A stretch of 64,000 bases of DNA from Thermoproteota archaeon (GTDB taxonomy: Archaea > Asgardarchaeota > Njordarchaeia > Njordarchaeales > Panguiarchaeaceae): contig JANJXX010000002.1 in the NCBI GenBank assembly GCA_024720975.1, forward strand, positions 112,763 through 176,762. Reading direction: 5' to 3'. A model generated the notes under the pieces. The model worked only from the letters and a program-made list of their open reading frames with translations, made no database searches and had not been told where the DNA came from. Shown here one piece after another: positions 1-9,696 of this stretch. How positions within the stretch are numbered: the first letter of the stretch is position 1; every line of letters starts with the position of its first letter. The translations under genes were made by a program, and so were the position numbers.

Positions 1-294
1 AGGATGATGTCCACTATTGTCCACTACCGTGAAAATTTCCTCAGTTATAAGGTCATAAAATTTTGCAACGACCTTATTAATGTCTGGATTATAATCTAGG
101 CCCAGTAAAAGAGCCATTTCGGATGAGGACTTTTCATGAATCTTAAGTGCAATTTCGCTCAGCTCTTCTAGGACTTTAAGTTCGTATCCCCTAATATCAG
201 CAGAGCGCTGCGTTGGTCTGGTTCGCTCTCTGCCTATACTTTCTTCGGTTTTTTCCTTTTTGATGAATGAATCTAATGTTAACGCTTTGTGCAT
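1..294 (-). CDS. Partial ORF running off the window edge (C-terminal part only); hypothetical, possibly an HTH-type regulator
   Basis: Uninterrupted reverse-strand reading frame from an ATG at ~294 to position 1 (MHKALTLDSFIKKEKTEES...LKVLEELSEIALKIHEKSSSEMALLLGLDYNPD...). It is absent from the ORF track because no stop codon falls inside the window. The sequence looks helix-turn-helix-like, but no firm family was recognised. Confidence 0.3.
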   Translation of the reverse strand, partial: MHKALTLDSFIKKEKTEESIGRERTRPTQRSADIRGYELKVLEELSEIALKIHEKSSSEMALLLGLDYNPDINKVVAKFYDLITEEIFTVVDNSGHHP

Positions 295-458
295 GTAATT
301 CACACGAAATGAGAGAACCTGAGTTGAATCCCTAGTTTCAGACTACTAGAGAAAAATAATGATAGAAAAATAGAAAAATTTATTCATTTCGGCATGCATA
401 ATTTTCGCTATAAGGTAATACCTCGCTATTAGCTTGATTAGAATTCGTTTAGCGCAAC

Positions 459-767
459 TTAGATTATGTTAGTCATTAGCTTATTATTGAGTATCATTAA
501 GTGAACAATAACACCTATGAAAAAGAGCTTAGTCATGGGCTCGCTCTGATATTCTATTAAGTATCTGTAAACGGCAACCAGAACTGTGCTATCAATTACT
601 ACTAGACCATACACCATAATATAGTGTATGCATAGACAAGCGAATACATTTAGGATTGTAATCAACATGAGGGTATCTTGTAACAAATTAGGATATGCTG
701 CCGTAATCACAAAGATCAGCTGTAAGTTGAACCCAATATCCAGCAGCCGAGTTACAATCTTAGCCAT
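459..767 (-). CDS. Small hydrophobic (membrane) protein, hypothetical
   Basis: 102-aa ORF with 2-3 predicted hydrophobic helices. There is no family-level similarity. The antisense ORF at 628-822 is judged spurious. Confidence 0.3.
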   Translation of the reverse strand: MAKIVTRLLDIGFNLQLIFVITAAYPNLLQDTLMLITILNVFACLCIHYIMVYGLVVIDSTVLVAVYRYLIEYQSEPMTKLFFIGVIVHLMILNNKLMTNII

Positions 768-825
768 TATAATTCACCAAAATCTTAGGTTTCATATTGC
801 AATTTATGCGATGAACGTGTAAACT

Positions 826-1764
826 ATGCCTCCCCCCATTAAGATCTTTTTCCTGGGAACTGGTGGCACCGCTCCATTTAACCTTAGAAAGATGCCTTGT
901 ATTGCCTTGAAGTATGAAGGTTACTTAATAATATTCGATTTGGGAGAGTTCTGTCAGTTCAGTCTAATTGAAAAAAGATTACATCCGTTCCGTTCTAAGA
1001 CTTATATACTGATAAGTCATCTACATGCAGATCACGTAGGGGGTCTCCCCACATTTCTACACACATTTAATCTAACGCAGACTGCAAAACCAATACATAT
1101 CGTTGGACCAAGCGGTACGAAGATCTTCCTGGAAACAATTATAAACACTTTTGGAATAGATCCTGTTAAGAATAAGCTGAGAATTCTGGAAGTTACTCCG
1201 GAAAATCACTGCTGTGTAGCAGCAGTCAGGGAGCGAAGCTTTACTATATATGCATTCAAAACTGAGCACAGTATTCCTTCCTTGGGTTATGTTTTCCAGG
1301 AAAGAGATTTTAGAAAGTTTGACGATGAGAAGGCCAAGCAATACGGAATCCCAAGAACACGCATACGAAAGCTACTTTTGAGGGGTAAATCAGTTGAAGT
1401 CCTTGGCAAAATCATCCATCCTGACAATGTTACAACAATAATACCAGGAAGAAGAATAGTTTATACGGGAGACACACGCCCACTCCAATATCTGGCAGAA
1501 ATAGCAAAAAATGCAGATCTGCTAATCCACGAAGCAACTTTCCTAAAGGAACACAAAAGTTCAGCAGACGCAAAGGACCACTCGACGATTGAGGAAGTAA
1601 TTGAAATTGCAGGAAAAGCAAACGTTAAAACTTTAGCCCTCGTGCATATATCCCCAAGATACGCAAAGAAACTCGACGCAATAGCTGAATACACTAGGGA
1701 GCTTTCAGTACAATTTGGCATTAAGCTGATAATTCCTAATGATGGAGACGAGATAACAATATAG
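826..1764 (+). CDS. rnz: Ribonuclease Z (tRNA 3' processing endonuclease, metallo-beta-lactamase fold)
   Basis: Metallo-beta-lactamase motif HLHADHVGG (HxHxDH), an N-terminal GTGG glycine-rich segment, and the ~310-aa length typical of short-form RNase Z (ElaC). Confidence 0.75.
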   Translation: MPPPIKIFFLGTGGTAPFNLRKMPCIALKYEGYLIIFDLGEFCQFSLIEKRLHPFRSKTYILISHLHADHVGGLPTFLHTFNLTQTAKPIHIVGPSGTKIFLETIINTFGIDPVKNKLRILEVTPENHCCVAAVRERSFTIYAFKTEHSIPSLGYVFQERDFRKFDDEKAKQYGIPRTRIRKLLLRGKSVEVLGKIIHPDNVTTIIPGRRIVYTGDTRPLQYLAEIAKNADLLIHEATFLKEHKSSADAKDHSTIEEVIEIAGKANVKTLALVHISPRYAKKLDAIAEYTRELSVQFGIKLIIPNDGDEITI

Positions 1765-1775
1765 GGATTCCATTA

Positions 1776-2345
1776 ATGTTAAGTTCATATCAGGTGAGAC
1801 CTTTGGAGAGCATGAGTAAAGATGCTATGTTAGCTTATCATGAAGTAGATTTAAAAACAAGAAGAACAATCCAACCTGAGCTGGGTGATCTTGCACTTGG
1901 TCAGGTAGTTAACGTCGGCGACAAAATAGCTACATTACTAATTTCGATGATATTTCGAATTCAAAGAGAAGGGGAACTCAATCGCCTAGTAATTCTAAGG
2001 CCTCCACCACCCACACACGCAAATATATTCAAGGGAGATGTATCTTTTCCATGCGTGAATCTAGTCGATATTATCAAAACAGGAGACATTATCCTAGGCC
2101 GCGTAAAAATAGCCTGGTTTAAACCCATCTTCATGAGTTTAGACACCGAAGAAACTGGAGTCGTGTCCGGATTATGCAGCAACTGCGGGTTAGTGATACC
2201 GACACCATGCGATCTATCAAAGCAGACTTTAATATGCCCTAGATGTGGTGGGTCTAGAAAAACAAAAATTTCCAAGCTTTATAATCCCATGCTATGGCGA
2301 GAGATCTACCACATTAACAGAGTGCGGACACTTCCACCACTATAA
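1776..2345 (+). CDS. csl4: Exosome RNA-binding subunit Csl4-like (S1 domain plus C-terminal zinc ribbon)
   Basis: An S1-like central region (GDIILGRV...) is followed by a C-terminal Cys4 ribbon (CSNCG...CPRCGG). Length is 189 aa and the gene starts 12 nt after rnz. Confidence 0.5.
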   Translation: MLSSYQVRPLESMSKDAMLAYHEVDLKTRRTIQPELGDLALGQVVNVGDKIATLLISMIFRIQREGELNRLVILRPPPPTHANIFKGDVSFPCVNLVDIIKTGDIILGRVKIAWFKPIFMSLDTEETGVVSGLCSNCGLVIPTPCDLSKQTLICPRCGGSRKTKISKLYNPMLWREIYHINRVRTLPPL

Positions 2346-2506
2346 CCGATTCACACATGCTAGGATACATTAATCATTCATAATCCTGCTGATCTTGTCC
2401 TAAATAAGCTAGAGCACGGGTTATTATCGATAAGAGACTTGTATTATTAAAGGCATATGTACCATACAATAAATAGACTACTAACTACTATAGGCTAGAC
2501 TACGTA

Positions 2507-2511
2507 GGAGG
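2507..2511 (+). promoter_or_regulatory. Shine-Dalgarno-like GGAGG 6 nt upstream of the sucC ATG
   Basis: The sequence taggaggatctgtATG is read directly from the window. Confidence 0.4.
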
Positions 2512-2517
2512 ATCTGT

Positions 2518-3651
2518 ATGTTCTTATATGAGTACGAGGGAAAGTTCCTATTTCAGAGATTGGGAATTCCTACTCCACCAGGCAAAGTAGCAAATAATCT
2601 CGAAGAAGCAGTTAAGATTGCCGATGAGATAGGATACCCCGTGGTACTGAAGCCACAGATCATCGGTGGACGGCGAGGAAGAGCCGGAGCAATTCGTTTT
2701 GCAGAAAATCAGCAAGAATTAAGGACGAACTTTGAGGAACTATCTAACCTAATAATCCATGGAAAAAAAGTGGAAAAAATTCTCATCGAGAAAAAAATTA
2801 ACATAAAACATGAATACTATGTATCTTTTCTACTCGATTTCTCCCACGCGAAGCCTGTATTAATTTTCTCCAGTGAGGGAGGAATAGAAATAGAAGAAAT
2901 TGCCGCTAAATATCCTCAAAAACTGGTAACCTTGTACTTGAATCCAGAGGGGGACCTACAACCCTACACAATTTATAGCTCCCTGAATCGCGTAGGAATA
3001 TTTGGCGACAATGCTAAGAAGTTTATACCTATTATAATGAAGCTCTGGGAACTATTCTCAGAGTACGAACTGATCTTAGCTGAAATAAATCCTTTAGCTG
3101 AGACGCCTGAGGGTGAGCTGGTGGCTTTAGATGCTAGAATCATCGCAGATGACAATGCAGAATTCCGCCAGAGTTACATCAAGGAGTTTAAGGCTTCAAG
3201 GGGAGGTTTAGAATCAGTCGAATACAAGGCTAAGGAGAAAGGGTTATCGTTTGTTGTTATTGATGAGGAAGGGGATATTGGGATTATAGGAAATGGTGCA
3301 GGACTAACACTGGCAACAGTCGACATAGTTAGACTCCTCGGCGGAAAGCCTGCAAACTTCTTGGATGTGGGAGGCGGCGCGAGTGCAGAACGCATACGAA
3401 ATGCAGTACAAACATTACTGCTAATGAAGAACCTTAAAAAGATATTCGTCAACATATTCGGCGGGATCACTAGATGCGATGAGGTAGCTAAAGGACTTGT
3501 AAGAGCCTTGGAGGAATTAAATCTGAAAGTACCGATGATTGTAAGACTAACCGGAACGCTTGAGGATGAAGGAAGGAGGATCCTGAGGGAGGTGGGCATA
3601 GAGGCCTATAATCAAATGCTTGAAGCAGCAAGGAAAGTTGTCATGGGGTGA
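2518..3651 (+). CDS. sucC: Succinyl-CoA synthetase beta subunit (ATP-grasp)
   Basis: N-terminal ATP-grasp start (MFLYEYEGKFLFQRLGIPTPPG...GYPVVLKPQ) and C-terminal CoA-ligase motifs (GNGAGLTLATVD, NIFGGITRCDEVAKG). Translationally coupled to sucD. Confidence 0.9.
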   Translation: MFLYEYEGKFLFQRLGIPTPPGKVANNLEEAVKIADEIGYPVVLKPQIIGGRRGRAGAIRFAENQQELRTNFEELSNLIIHGKKVEKILIEKKINIKHEYYVSFLLDFSHAKPVLIFSSEGGIEIEEIAAKYPQKLVTLYLNPEGDLQPYTIYSSLNRVGIFGDNAKKFIPIIMKLWELFSEYELILAEINPLAETPEGELVALDARIIADDNAEFRQSYIKEFKASRGGLESVEYKAKEKGLSFVVIDEEGDIGIIGNGAGLTLATVDIVRLLGGKPANFLDVGGGASAERIRNAVQTLLLMKNLKKIFVNIFGGITRCDEVAKGLVRALEELNLKVPMIVRLTGTLEDEGRRILREVGIEAYNQMLEAARKVVMG

Positions 3652-3655
3652 TCAT

Positions 3656-4525
3656 ATGGCGATTTTGGTGAATAAAGATTCAAAAGTTGTTGTACAGGGC
3701 ATAACAGGTCGTGAAGGTTCATTTCATACAAAGCTAATGATAGAATACGGAACGAAGATTGTAGCAGGTGTCACGCCCGGAAAAGGAGGCAGTGAAGTTC
3801 ATGGAATTCCTGTATATGACAGTATCGAAAGCGCCATGAAAGAGCATGAAATAGACGCCAGCATCATATTCGTTCCAGCAAATTTCGCATTAAGTGCCGT
3901 TTATGAAGCCATTGATGCTGGACTGAGCCCAATAGTGGTAATTACAGAGGGTATACCCGTATGGGATACAATGAAATTCGTGAACAAAGCCAAGAGCAAG
4001 GGCTTGTGTATAATAGGTCCAAATTGTCCTGGGATAATAGTTCCAGAGGAGACAAAAATAGGTATAATGCCAGGACACGTGTTTACTAAAGGTGACGTAG
4101 CAATAATATCGCGGAGCGGAACATTAACATATGAGGTCGCCCAAATATGCAGCCTAAATGGCCTTGGACAGAGCGTTGTTATAGGGCTCGGAGGCGATCC
4201 TATAAGGGGACTAACAATCCCAGAGGCACTAAAGATGCTTGAAAGCGATCCTGAAACCAAAAAAATCGTTATCATTGGAGAAATTGGAGGTACAGAGGAG
4301 GAGGAAGCTGCTGAACTTATCAAGAAAGGTGAAATTACTAAACCTACAGTGGCGTATATTGCAGGAGCAACAATTAAACGCACAGGGGTTTCATTCGGGC
4401 ATGCAGGCGCGATAATACTAGGTGAAAAAGGTAAACCTGAAACAAAAATAAAAGCATTCCAGGAAGCCGGAGTACCCGTTGTGAGGTTCCCTCATGAAAT
4501 ACCTGATGCTCTTAAAGAGCTATAG
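3656..4525 (+). CDS. sucD: Succinyl-CoA synthetase alpha subunit (CoA-binding)
   Basis: Canonical SucD start MAILVNKDSKVVVQGITGREGSFH plus the phospho-histidine loop region (GHAGAII). The internal ATG at 3656, 5 nt after the sucC stop, is preferred over the track start at 3620. Confidence 0.9.
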   Translation: MAILVNKDSKVVVQGITGREGSFHTKLMIEYGTKIVAGVTPGKGGSEVHGIPVYDSIESAMKEHEIDASIIFVPANFALSAVYEAIDAGLSPIVVITEGIPVWDTMKFVNKAKSKGLCIIGPNCPGIIVPEETKIGIMPGHVFTKGDVAIISRSGTLTYEVAQICSLNGLGQSVVIGLGGDPIRGLTIPEALKMLESDPETKKIVIIGEIGGTEEEEAAELIKKGEITKPTVAYIAGATIKRTGVSFGHAGAIILGEKGKPETKIKAFQEAGVPVVRFPHEIPDALKEL

Positions 4526-4616
4526 CTAGTTTTATGCAATTGAACATTGAAATTGCAAAGTAATATAATGAAAAACGAGTACTTAACATATAGCCACAGT
4601 TGAATAGGCGACGATA

Positions 4617-4958
4617 ATGCCTGAAAAGGCAGATGAAAAAATCCAAAAGCTTGAGCTAATTCAAAAAGAGCAAGTCAAATTCGTGGAGCTTCCTGATGTA
4701 GTAGAGCTATACTTTGAGAGGGCTGATAAACCCGGCCGTGGAATAACAATAACAGTGCCAATAACGGAGCTGTTCGAGAACATCGTGCGTGAGGCTGCCA
4801 AGAAGCTCAACTTCAAGAATACACAAGTTGGAGTTCTAGGAGGTTCTACTCCAGTATCCTTCGTAGGAAAAACTGTTAAAGATGTTATCAAAGAGACATC
4901 AAGCGTAAACTTTCAGATTGCTTCCGCTGAAATGCTTGGGATAACTGGAAGCACTTAA
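4617..4958 (+). CDS. Hypothetical small protein (113 aa)
   Basis: ORF with normal-looking codon usage immediately upstream of the JAMM-domain gene. No family recognised. Confidence 0.35.
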   Translation: MPEKADEKIQKLELIQKEQVKFVELPDVVELYFERADKPGRGITITVPITELFENIVREAAKKLNFKNTQVGVLGGSTPVSFVGKTVKDVIKETSSVNFQIASAEMLGITGST

Positions 4959-5033
4959 TCTTAGCTTCTTTATTTGATTTCGATTTCTGATTCATGATTA
5001 GAGCAAACTTTAAGCGTCCCATTAGTATTTCTG

Positions 5034-5756
5034 GTGGCAACTCGGTTGGCCGTTCACATTGATAACATACTTTGGAGAACCATAACGAAGATTATTAAAG
5101 GTGACACCAACGAGCGAGCTTTTTACCTAGTTGGTTTTTCTGATGGAGAAAATTACTATGTTATAGAGAGCTTTGAGATTCAATATAAAACTAAAACTCA
5201 AGCGTGCATAGTCTCTGATCCGTACGGACGGTTAATACTATCAAGTTCACTTCCCGCTGGAGTTAGTATAATAGGTGTAAGTCACAGTCATCCGTTTGAC
5301 TATAGCAATGAAAAGCCAAAGCCATCAACCATGGATTTGAGTTTTGTCTACAATTACAAGGAGGAGATAATAATGACAATTAATTCCACTGGGAAAGCGA
5401 GTGCTGTGAGATTCTCGGAAGATCTTGAGGAACTCGATATAAAAGTTAGAGACTTCCCAGAAAAACCCAAAGTCCTTCGCATCAAGGGTGTGTACATGGT
5501 ATTTCCCTGGTGGGCATCTGACGAGATGATAAGACTCAAAGCACCAAGACTTTATGGAGAAATTCTTTATCGGCTACACTTTCACGCTTACCTTAAAGGA
5601 AAAAGAAAGATTGTCGTGCCTCCATATGAGTGGTTCTTCGTGAGACAAAAGTATGCAATACCCCACGTAGCTTTTGGCAAACTTCGAAATATCGCAAAAG
5701 AATATTTACTGAACAATAGTGTCACTAAATTTGCGCAGAATGTTCATTCCCAATAA
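5034..5756 (+). CDS. JAMM/MPN+ family metalloprotease-like protein (N-terminal JAMM domain with a ~120-aa C-terminal extension)
   Basis: A Glu in ERAFYLVGF precedes GVSHSHPFDYSNEKPKPSTMD, i.e. an HxH...S..D JAMM zinc-binding motif. The spacing is slightly longer than canonical. Confidence 0.55.
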   Translation: MATRLAVHIDNILWRTITKIIKGDTNERAFYLVGFSDGENYYVIESFEIQYKTKTQACIVSDPYGRLILSSSLPAGVSIIGVSHSHPFDYSNEKPKPSTMDLSFVYNYKEEIIMTINSTGKASAVRFSEDLEELDIKVRDFPEKPKVLRIKGVYMVFPWWASDEMIRLKAPRLYGEILYRLHFHAYLKGKRKIVVPPYEWFFVRQKYAIPHVAFGKLRNIAKEYLLNNSVTKFAQNVHSQ

Positions 5757-6248
5757 ATATCGTTTACATTTATCGCAAAAGTCATCAAACTTTAGATCAA
5801 GCTCTAGCAAGGAGTTCGCAAAAACCATTACACAACGCCTATTGCAATGCAAAAGACCGAAGACATGTCCTAACTCATGTTTAATTGTTTTTGAGACCCT
5901 TGCATGATAAAGGTTCTGGTCTGGGCTTTTGAGTCTCCATGTACTTATAACGCATCCCACAAATGGCAGCGCCACGCCAAAAACGTAATTCAAACCCGGA
6001 ACAAAGATATCCCTATGTAGCATCACCATGAACAAGCCATCTATGATGCCGCTAGCTACTACATTTAGTAGATTCTCCGCATTGTATTGCCTGCGATAAC
6101 GGTCATAGGCGATTTTTAGATTTATCTTAAGGGGTGCTAACTTTAGTCTCAAGTTAAAAAATTTCTCAATCGTTTCAACGGCGAATTCTTTGGCTAAATC
6201 ATCAACAGATTCATCAACAAGCAAGTAGAGATCTCTAGTACTTCTCAT
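5706..6248 (-). CDS. amzA: Archaemetzincin (zinc metalloprotease, AmzA family)
   Basis: HELGHVFGLLHCNRRCVM matches the HExxHxxGxxH metzincin motif with its following Cys, and a second CxxC (CDKC) is present. Length is ~180 aa. The 3' end overlaps the JAMM gene convergently by ~50 nt. Confidence 0.8.
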   Translation of the reverse strand: MRSTRDLYLLVDESVDDLAKEFAVETIEKFFNLRLKLAPLKINLKIAYDRYRRQYNAENLLNVVASGIIDGLFMVMLHRDIFVPGLNYVFGVALPFVGCVISTWRLKSPDQNLYHARVSKTIKHELGHVFGLLHCNRRCVMVFANSLLELDLKFDDFCDKCKRYLLGMNILRKFSDTIVQ

Positions 6249-6428
6249 TGATAAAGCCCAAGATCTAATTTTTCGAAACTATTACTTCAGATTTGCTATA
6301 GCAACAATAGGATTATAATATAGAGCAGCGTGATTTTATTATTAGTAGAATTGAGATGATGAAGACAGCGGAGCCTGAGTAGTGATGATGCTCCAACACT
6401 TCTGACAATTAATTCTAAGGGATCATAT

Positions 6429-7217
6429 GTGAACAGTTCAATTCCGATACAACACGCGCAAGTGGTTTACATAATGGGCTTTGCTGGTTCAGGAAAATCT
6501 ACTTTAGTTTCTTCATTCGCTGAATATTTAAGTGAGCGCAAATTCAGCGTGGCGTGTGTGAATTTAGATCCAGGCGCTGAAGTTCTTCCGTACAAACCCG
6601 ATTACGATGTAAGATCAGTTGTAAAACTAGTGGATGTTATGCGCAAGGAAAGGCTCGGGCCAAATGGAGGCCTCATACGCGCAGTTGAGATTATTACAAA
6701 CAAGATCACCGAGATCGTTAAACCGATTCAGAAATTAGCATTTTCAAGAGACTGGCTGCTCATCGATACAACTGGCCAGCTTGAGCTATTTGCATTTCGA
6801 GAACTCGGTGAAACCCTAATAAGAATGCTCAACGTTCGCAGCATTGGGGTCTATCTTGTGGATGCTTCTATGATTTCTAAGCCGTCTGACATAGTCTTAA
6901 GTCAATTGATTTCCCTTGCCATCAGACTTAGATTAGGCATCGATATTGTTGTAGCAATAAATAAAATAGATGCCGAGAGGGTGAATACGCGTGAACTCAT
7001 GGAGGAGTTTCTACTTAGGGTAGGTGATTTCAAGGAACGTCTTAGAAAAGAAAATCTGGGTGTCCTTACTGATCTTACGTACGATCTAGTAGATTTCCTT
7101 ATAAGTTACTTCCCCCCTGCGCGTATTATTACAATCTCTGCAAAAAATAAGACTGGATTTGATGATTTATACTCAATTTTGCATGAGATTTTCTGCGTCT
7201 GCGGCGATTTAACTTAG
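6429..7217 (+). CDS. GPN-loop GTPase (XAB1/Npa3/PAB0955 family), paralogue 1
   Basis: P-loop GFAGSGKST and NLDPGAE, followed by the diagnostic GPNGG loop. Confidence 0.8.
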   Translation: MNSSIPIQHAQVVYIMGFAGSGKSTLVSSFAEYLSERKFSVACVNLDPGAEVLPYKPDYDVRSVVKLVDVMRKERLGPNGGLIRAVEIITNKITEIVKPIQKLAFSRDWLLIDTTGQLELFAFRELGETLIRMLNVRSIGVYLVDASMISKPSDIVLSQLISLAIRLRLGIDIVVAINKIDAERVNTRELMEEFLLRVGDFKERLRKENLGVLTDLTYDLVDFLISYFPPARIITISAKNKTGFDDLYSILHEIFCVCGDLT

Positions 7218-7254
7218 ACTCTGTAGTTTTAGAGTATAGGATATCATAGGTCTA

Positions 7255-9021
7255 TTACAACTCGAGCGGTATTTGAATGCCATACTTCTCGGCAAGCAGC
7301 TTAGATTCGTTATGTAACACTTCATAGAATCTTTTGAATGCCTCCTCATTGACACCAATGACTCTTTCTGCCTTCTCATCTAGCAAGGCCCAGTTAAACT
7401 TTAGAGAAACAAGCATTTTTGTAGACTCCAGTCTTTCTATTTCTTCCACTGGAACCACTTCGGTAAATCTTATCATAATCTCATAGTATTTCATAAATGC
7501 CTCTAAGATCCTGGCTTGTATTTCCGGTGGTGTATAACGATCAGCAACGTCATAGGCATTTTGAACGAGATAACCATCCTTAAACATCTTAGTAAACCGA
7601 AGAATAAATCTCTCTTTGTTTTGCAGAGCTTTTTCACCGACGATTTTTGAAATATCTTCGATGCGCGTGCCCTCCTCAAGAATGCCAAGGGCTTTCGCAC
7701 GATGATCAAAGAACTTTGGAGCTTTAAATTCCTTAGCAAAGTACTCTCTGAGTAAATCAACACAACTAGAGAATGAGAGCGCCCAGTTTATCGATGGAAA
7801 ATGCCTTGCAAAGGCAAGCTTTTTATCAAGTGTCCAAAGGACCCCAATGAAGCGCATAGTTGTTGCTGTCACGGGCTCTATAAAGTCACCTCCTGGAGGT
7901 GAAACCGCACCCATTATTGTTAACGAGCCCTCACGTGGATTTTTACCTAGAGTTACTACACGACCTGCGCGCTCATAAAACGCCGCTATATATTGTACAA
8001 TATAGGCTGGAAAACCTTCCTCAACAGGGACATCTCCTAATCTTCCTCCGAGTTCCCTAACTGCCTCCATCCAACGTGATGTTGAATCAGCCATCATTGC
8101 TACATTGTATCCTTGGTCCCTGAAATATTCACCAATTGTCGCTCCAAGATACACAGAGGCCTCCCTTGCAGCAACTGGCAGATTGGAGACATTGGCAATG
8201 AATACAGATCTTTCAATTAACTTGTGTCCTGTACGCGGATCATCAAGTTCGGGAAAGTGCGTTACAACATCAGCCATTTCATTTCCTCTTTCACCACAAC
8301 CGACATATATTATTATATCGGCCCAGCTCCATTTGGCAAGATTTTGCAAAGTAACAGTTTTTCCAGTACCAAATCCACCAGGTATTGCTGCTGAACCACC
8401 CATAGCAATGGGGAAGAATGTATCTATGACCCTCATTCCTGTGATTAGAGGTTTAGTAGGGGGCAATTTCTCCCTTACAGGTCTTGGAATCTTAACGGGC
8501 CACTCTTGAACCATTGTAACTTCTATTCTCTTCCCGTCACTAGTTTCTAAGGTTGCAAACGGCTCCTTGATTGTGTATTTTCCTTCTCGAATATCGATGA
8601 TTTTAGCCCTTCTAAATCCATGAGGAGCCAGTATTCTATGTTCTATCACTTTTGTCTCTGGAACTTTGCCGAGGATGTCTACAGGTTCTACCTCATCTCC
8701 CTCCTTTAGAGCAGGTATAAATGTCCACCTCTTCTTTGTATCAAGGGGCTCTAATTTTACTCCTCTTGGAACAAAAGGCCCGTATCTATGCCAGACTTCA
8801 GTAAGAGGATTTTGAAGTCCATCATAGATCTGCTTAAGAATTCCCGGTCCTAGCTTTGCTGTTAATGGTTTTCCAGTATTTTCTACTGGATCTTTTGGCT
8901 TAACACCACTTGTATCCTCATAAACTTGCACAAACACTCTATTGAGACTTATTCTAATTATCTCTCCTATAAGTTTGTTCTCTCCAATATAAACTACATC
9001 TCCAACTTTTGGATTTGGCAC
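7255..9021 (-). CDS. atpA: V/A-type ATP synthase catalytic subunit A. The true N-terminus probably extends upstream to about 9075-9081.
   Basis: Walker A GGFGTGKT, a DELS-like region and high overall A-subunit similarity. The conserved N-terminal segment GYVVRVSGPLVVAENV is encoded in frame upstream of the GTG at 9021 (see findings). Confidence 0.9.
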   Translation of the reverse strand: MPNPKVGDVVYIGENKLIGEIIRISLNRVFVQVYEDTSGVKPKDPVENTGKPLTAKLGPGILKQIYDGLQNPLTEVWHRYGPFVPRGVKLEPLDTKKRWTFIPALKEGDEVEPVDILGKVPETKVIEHRILAPHGFRRAKIIDIREGKYTIKEPFATLETSDGKRIEVTMVQEWPVKIPRPVREKLPPTKPLITGMRVIDTFFPIAMGGSAAIPGGFGTGKTVTLQNLAKWSWADIIIYVGCGERGNEMADVVTHFPELDDPRTGHKLIERSVFIANVSNLPVAAREASVYLGATIGEYFRDQGYNVAMMADSTSRWMEAVRELGGRLGDVPVEEGFPAYIVQYIAAFYERAGRVVTLGKNPREGSLTIMGAVSPPGGDFIEPVTATTMRFIGVLWTLDKKLAFARHFPSINWALSFSSCVDLLREYFAKEFKAPKFFDHRAKALGILEEGTRIEDISKIVGEKALQNKERFILRFTKMFKDGYLVQNAYDVADRYTPPEIQARILEAFMKYYEIMIRFTEVVPVEEIERLESTKMLVSLKFNWALLDEKAERVIGVNEEAFKRFYEVLHNESKLLAEKYGIQIPLEL

Positions 9022-9242
9022 ATTCTCCGCAACTACAAGTGGTCCTGAAACCCTAACTACATAACCAGCAGTAATTTCTTTTCACCAGATTGATCGGTCT
9101 CAATTTATATTGAGTTTGAGCATTTATATTTAGCTCATCTACATATTTAAATATTTTCCCCAAATAAATGAAATTCTCTGTAGGAGCTTTTCTCTTCCTT
9201 AAATATTGAGAAATTATTCATTTTCAGGAATAGGTATGTTCG

Positions 9243-9575
9243 GTGGTATTCTTGCCGCATAAGAGGAAAAATAGAGGAAGGAAAAAGGGAAAAGACGCTG
9301 GACACGTAAAATACGTCCATTGCACACTATGCCACGCGCGGGTTCCGGCCGACAAGGCTGTAAAGAGAGTATACTGGGGATCTCCAATAGCTGGCGCTAT
9401 TGCAAAAGAGCTTACCTCACAGGGAACTTTAATCACAAACGAGCGAAGAACTGTATACTACTGCATTAGATGCGCAATGTTCCATGGTATTGTTAAAATC
9501 CGTCCGAGAGACGAGAGAAAGAAAATACCTGAAGAAATTCTAGAGAAGAGATTTCGAAGTATCTTAGGTGCTTAA
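9243..9575 (+). CDS. rps26e: 30S ribosomal protein S26e
   Basis: KRKNRGRKKGKDAGHVKYVHCTLCHARVPADKAVKR matches the S26e signature (RRNxGRxKKGRGHVKxIRCxNCxxCVPKDKAIK). Confidence 0.75.
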   Translation: MVFLPHKRKNRGRKKGKDAGHVKYVHCTLCHARVPADKAVKRVYWGSPIAGAIAKELTSQGTLITNERRTVYYCIRCAMFHGIVKIRPRDERKKIPEEILEKRFRSILGA

Positions 9576-9696
9576 TAAATAGTTCTAATACGCATACTTT
9601 ATTATTTTCTAGTTATTACAAAGACGTGTTTTGCAAACGCTAAGCTATAATGCTACCTTCAAACATTATAGAAATCCAAGAACCAATAATATTGAA

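Noticed and set aside
4536-4556. Inverted repeat GCAATT-N9-AATTGC just downstream of sucD
   Set aside because: The stem is only 6 bp and AT-rich, and no following oligo-T tract typical of archaeal terminators is present. This is likely fortuitous.
8105-8509. 134-aa antisense ORF inside atpA. Many similar 60-170-aa ORFs lie inside or antisense to the large genes, for example 3174-3599, 3901-4383, 23454-23795, 54027-54533 and 43791-44168.
   Set aside because: They are fully contained in well-supported genes on the other strand. Their compositions are Ser/Pro/Ile-rich and low-complexity, typical of reverse-frame artefacts.
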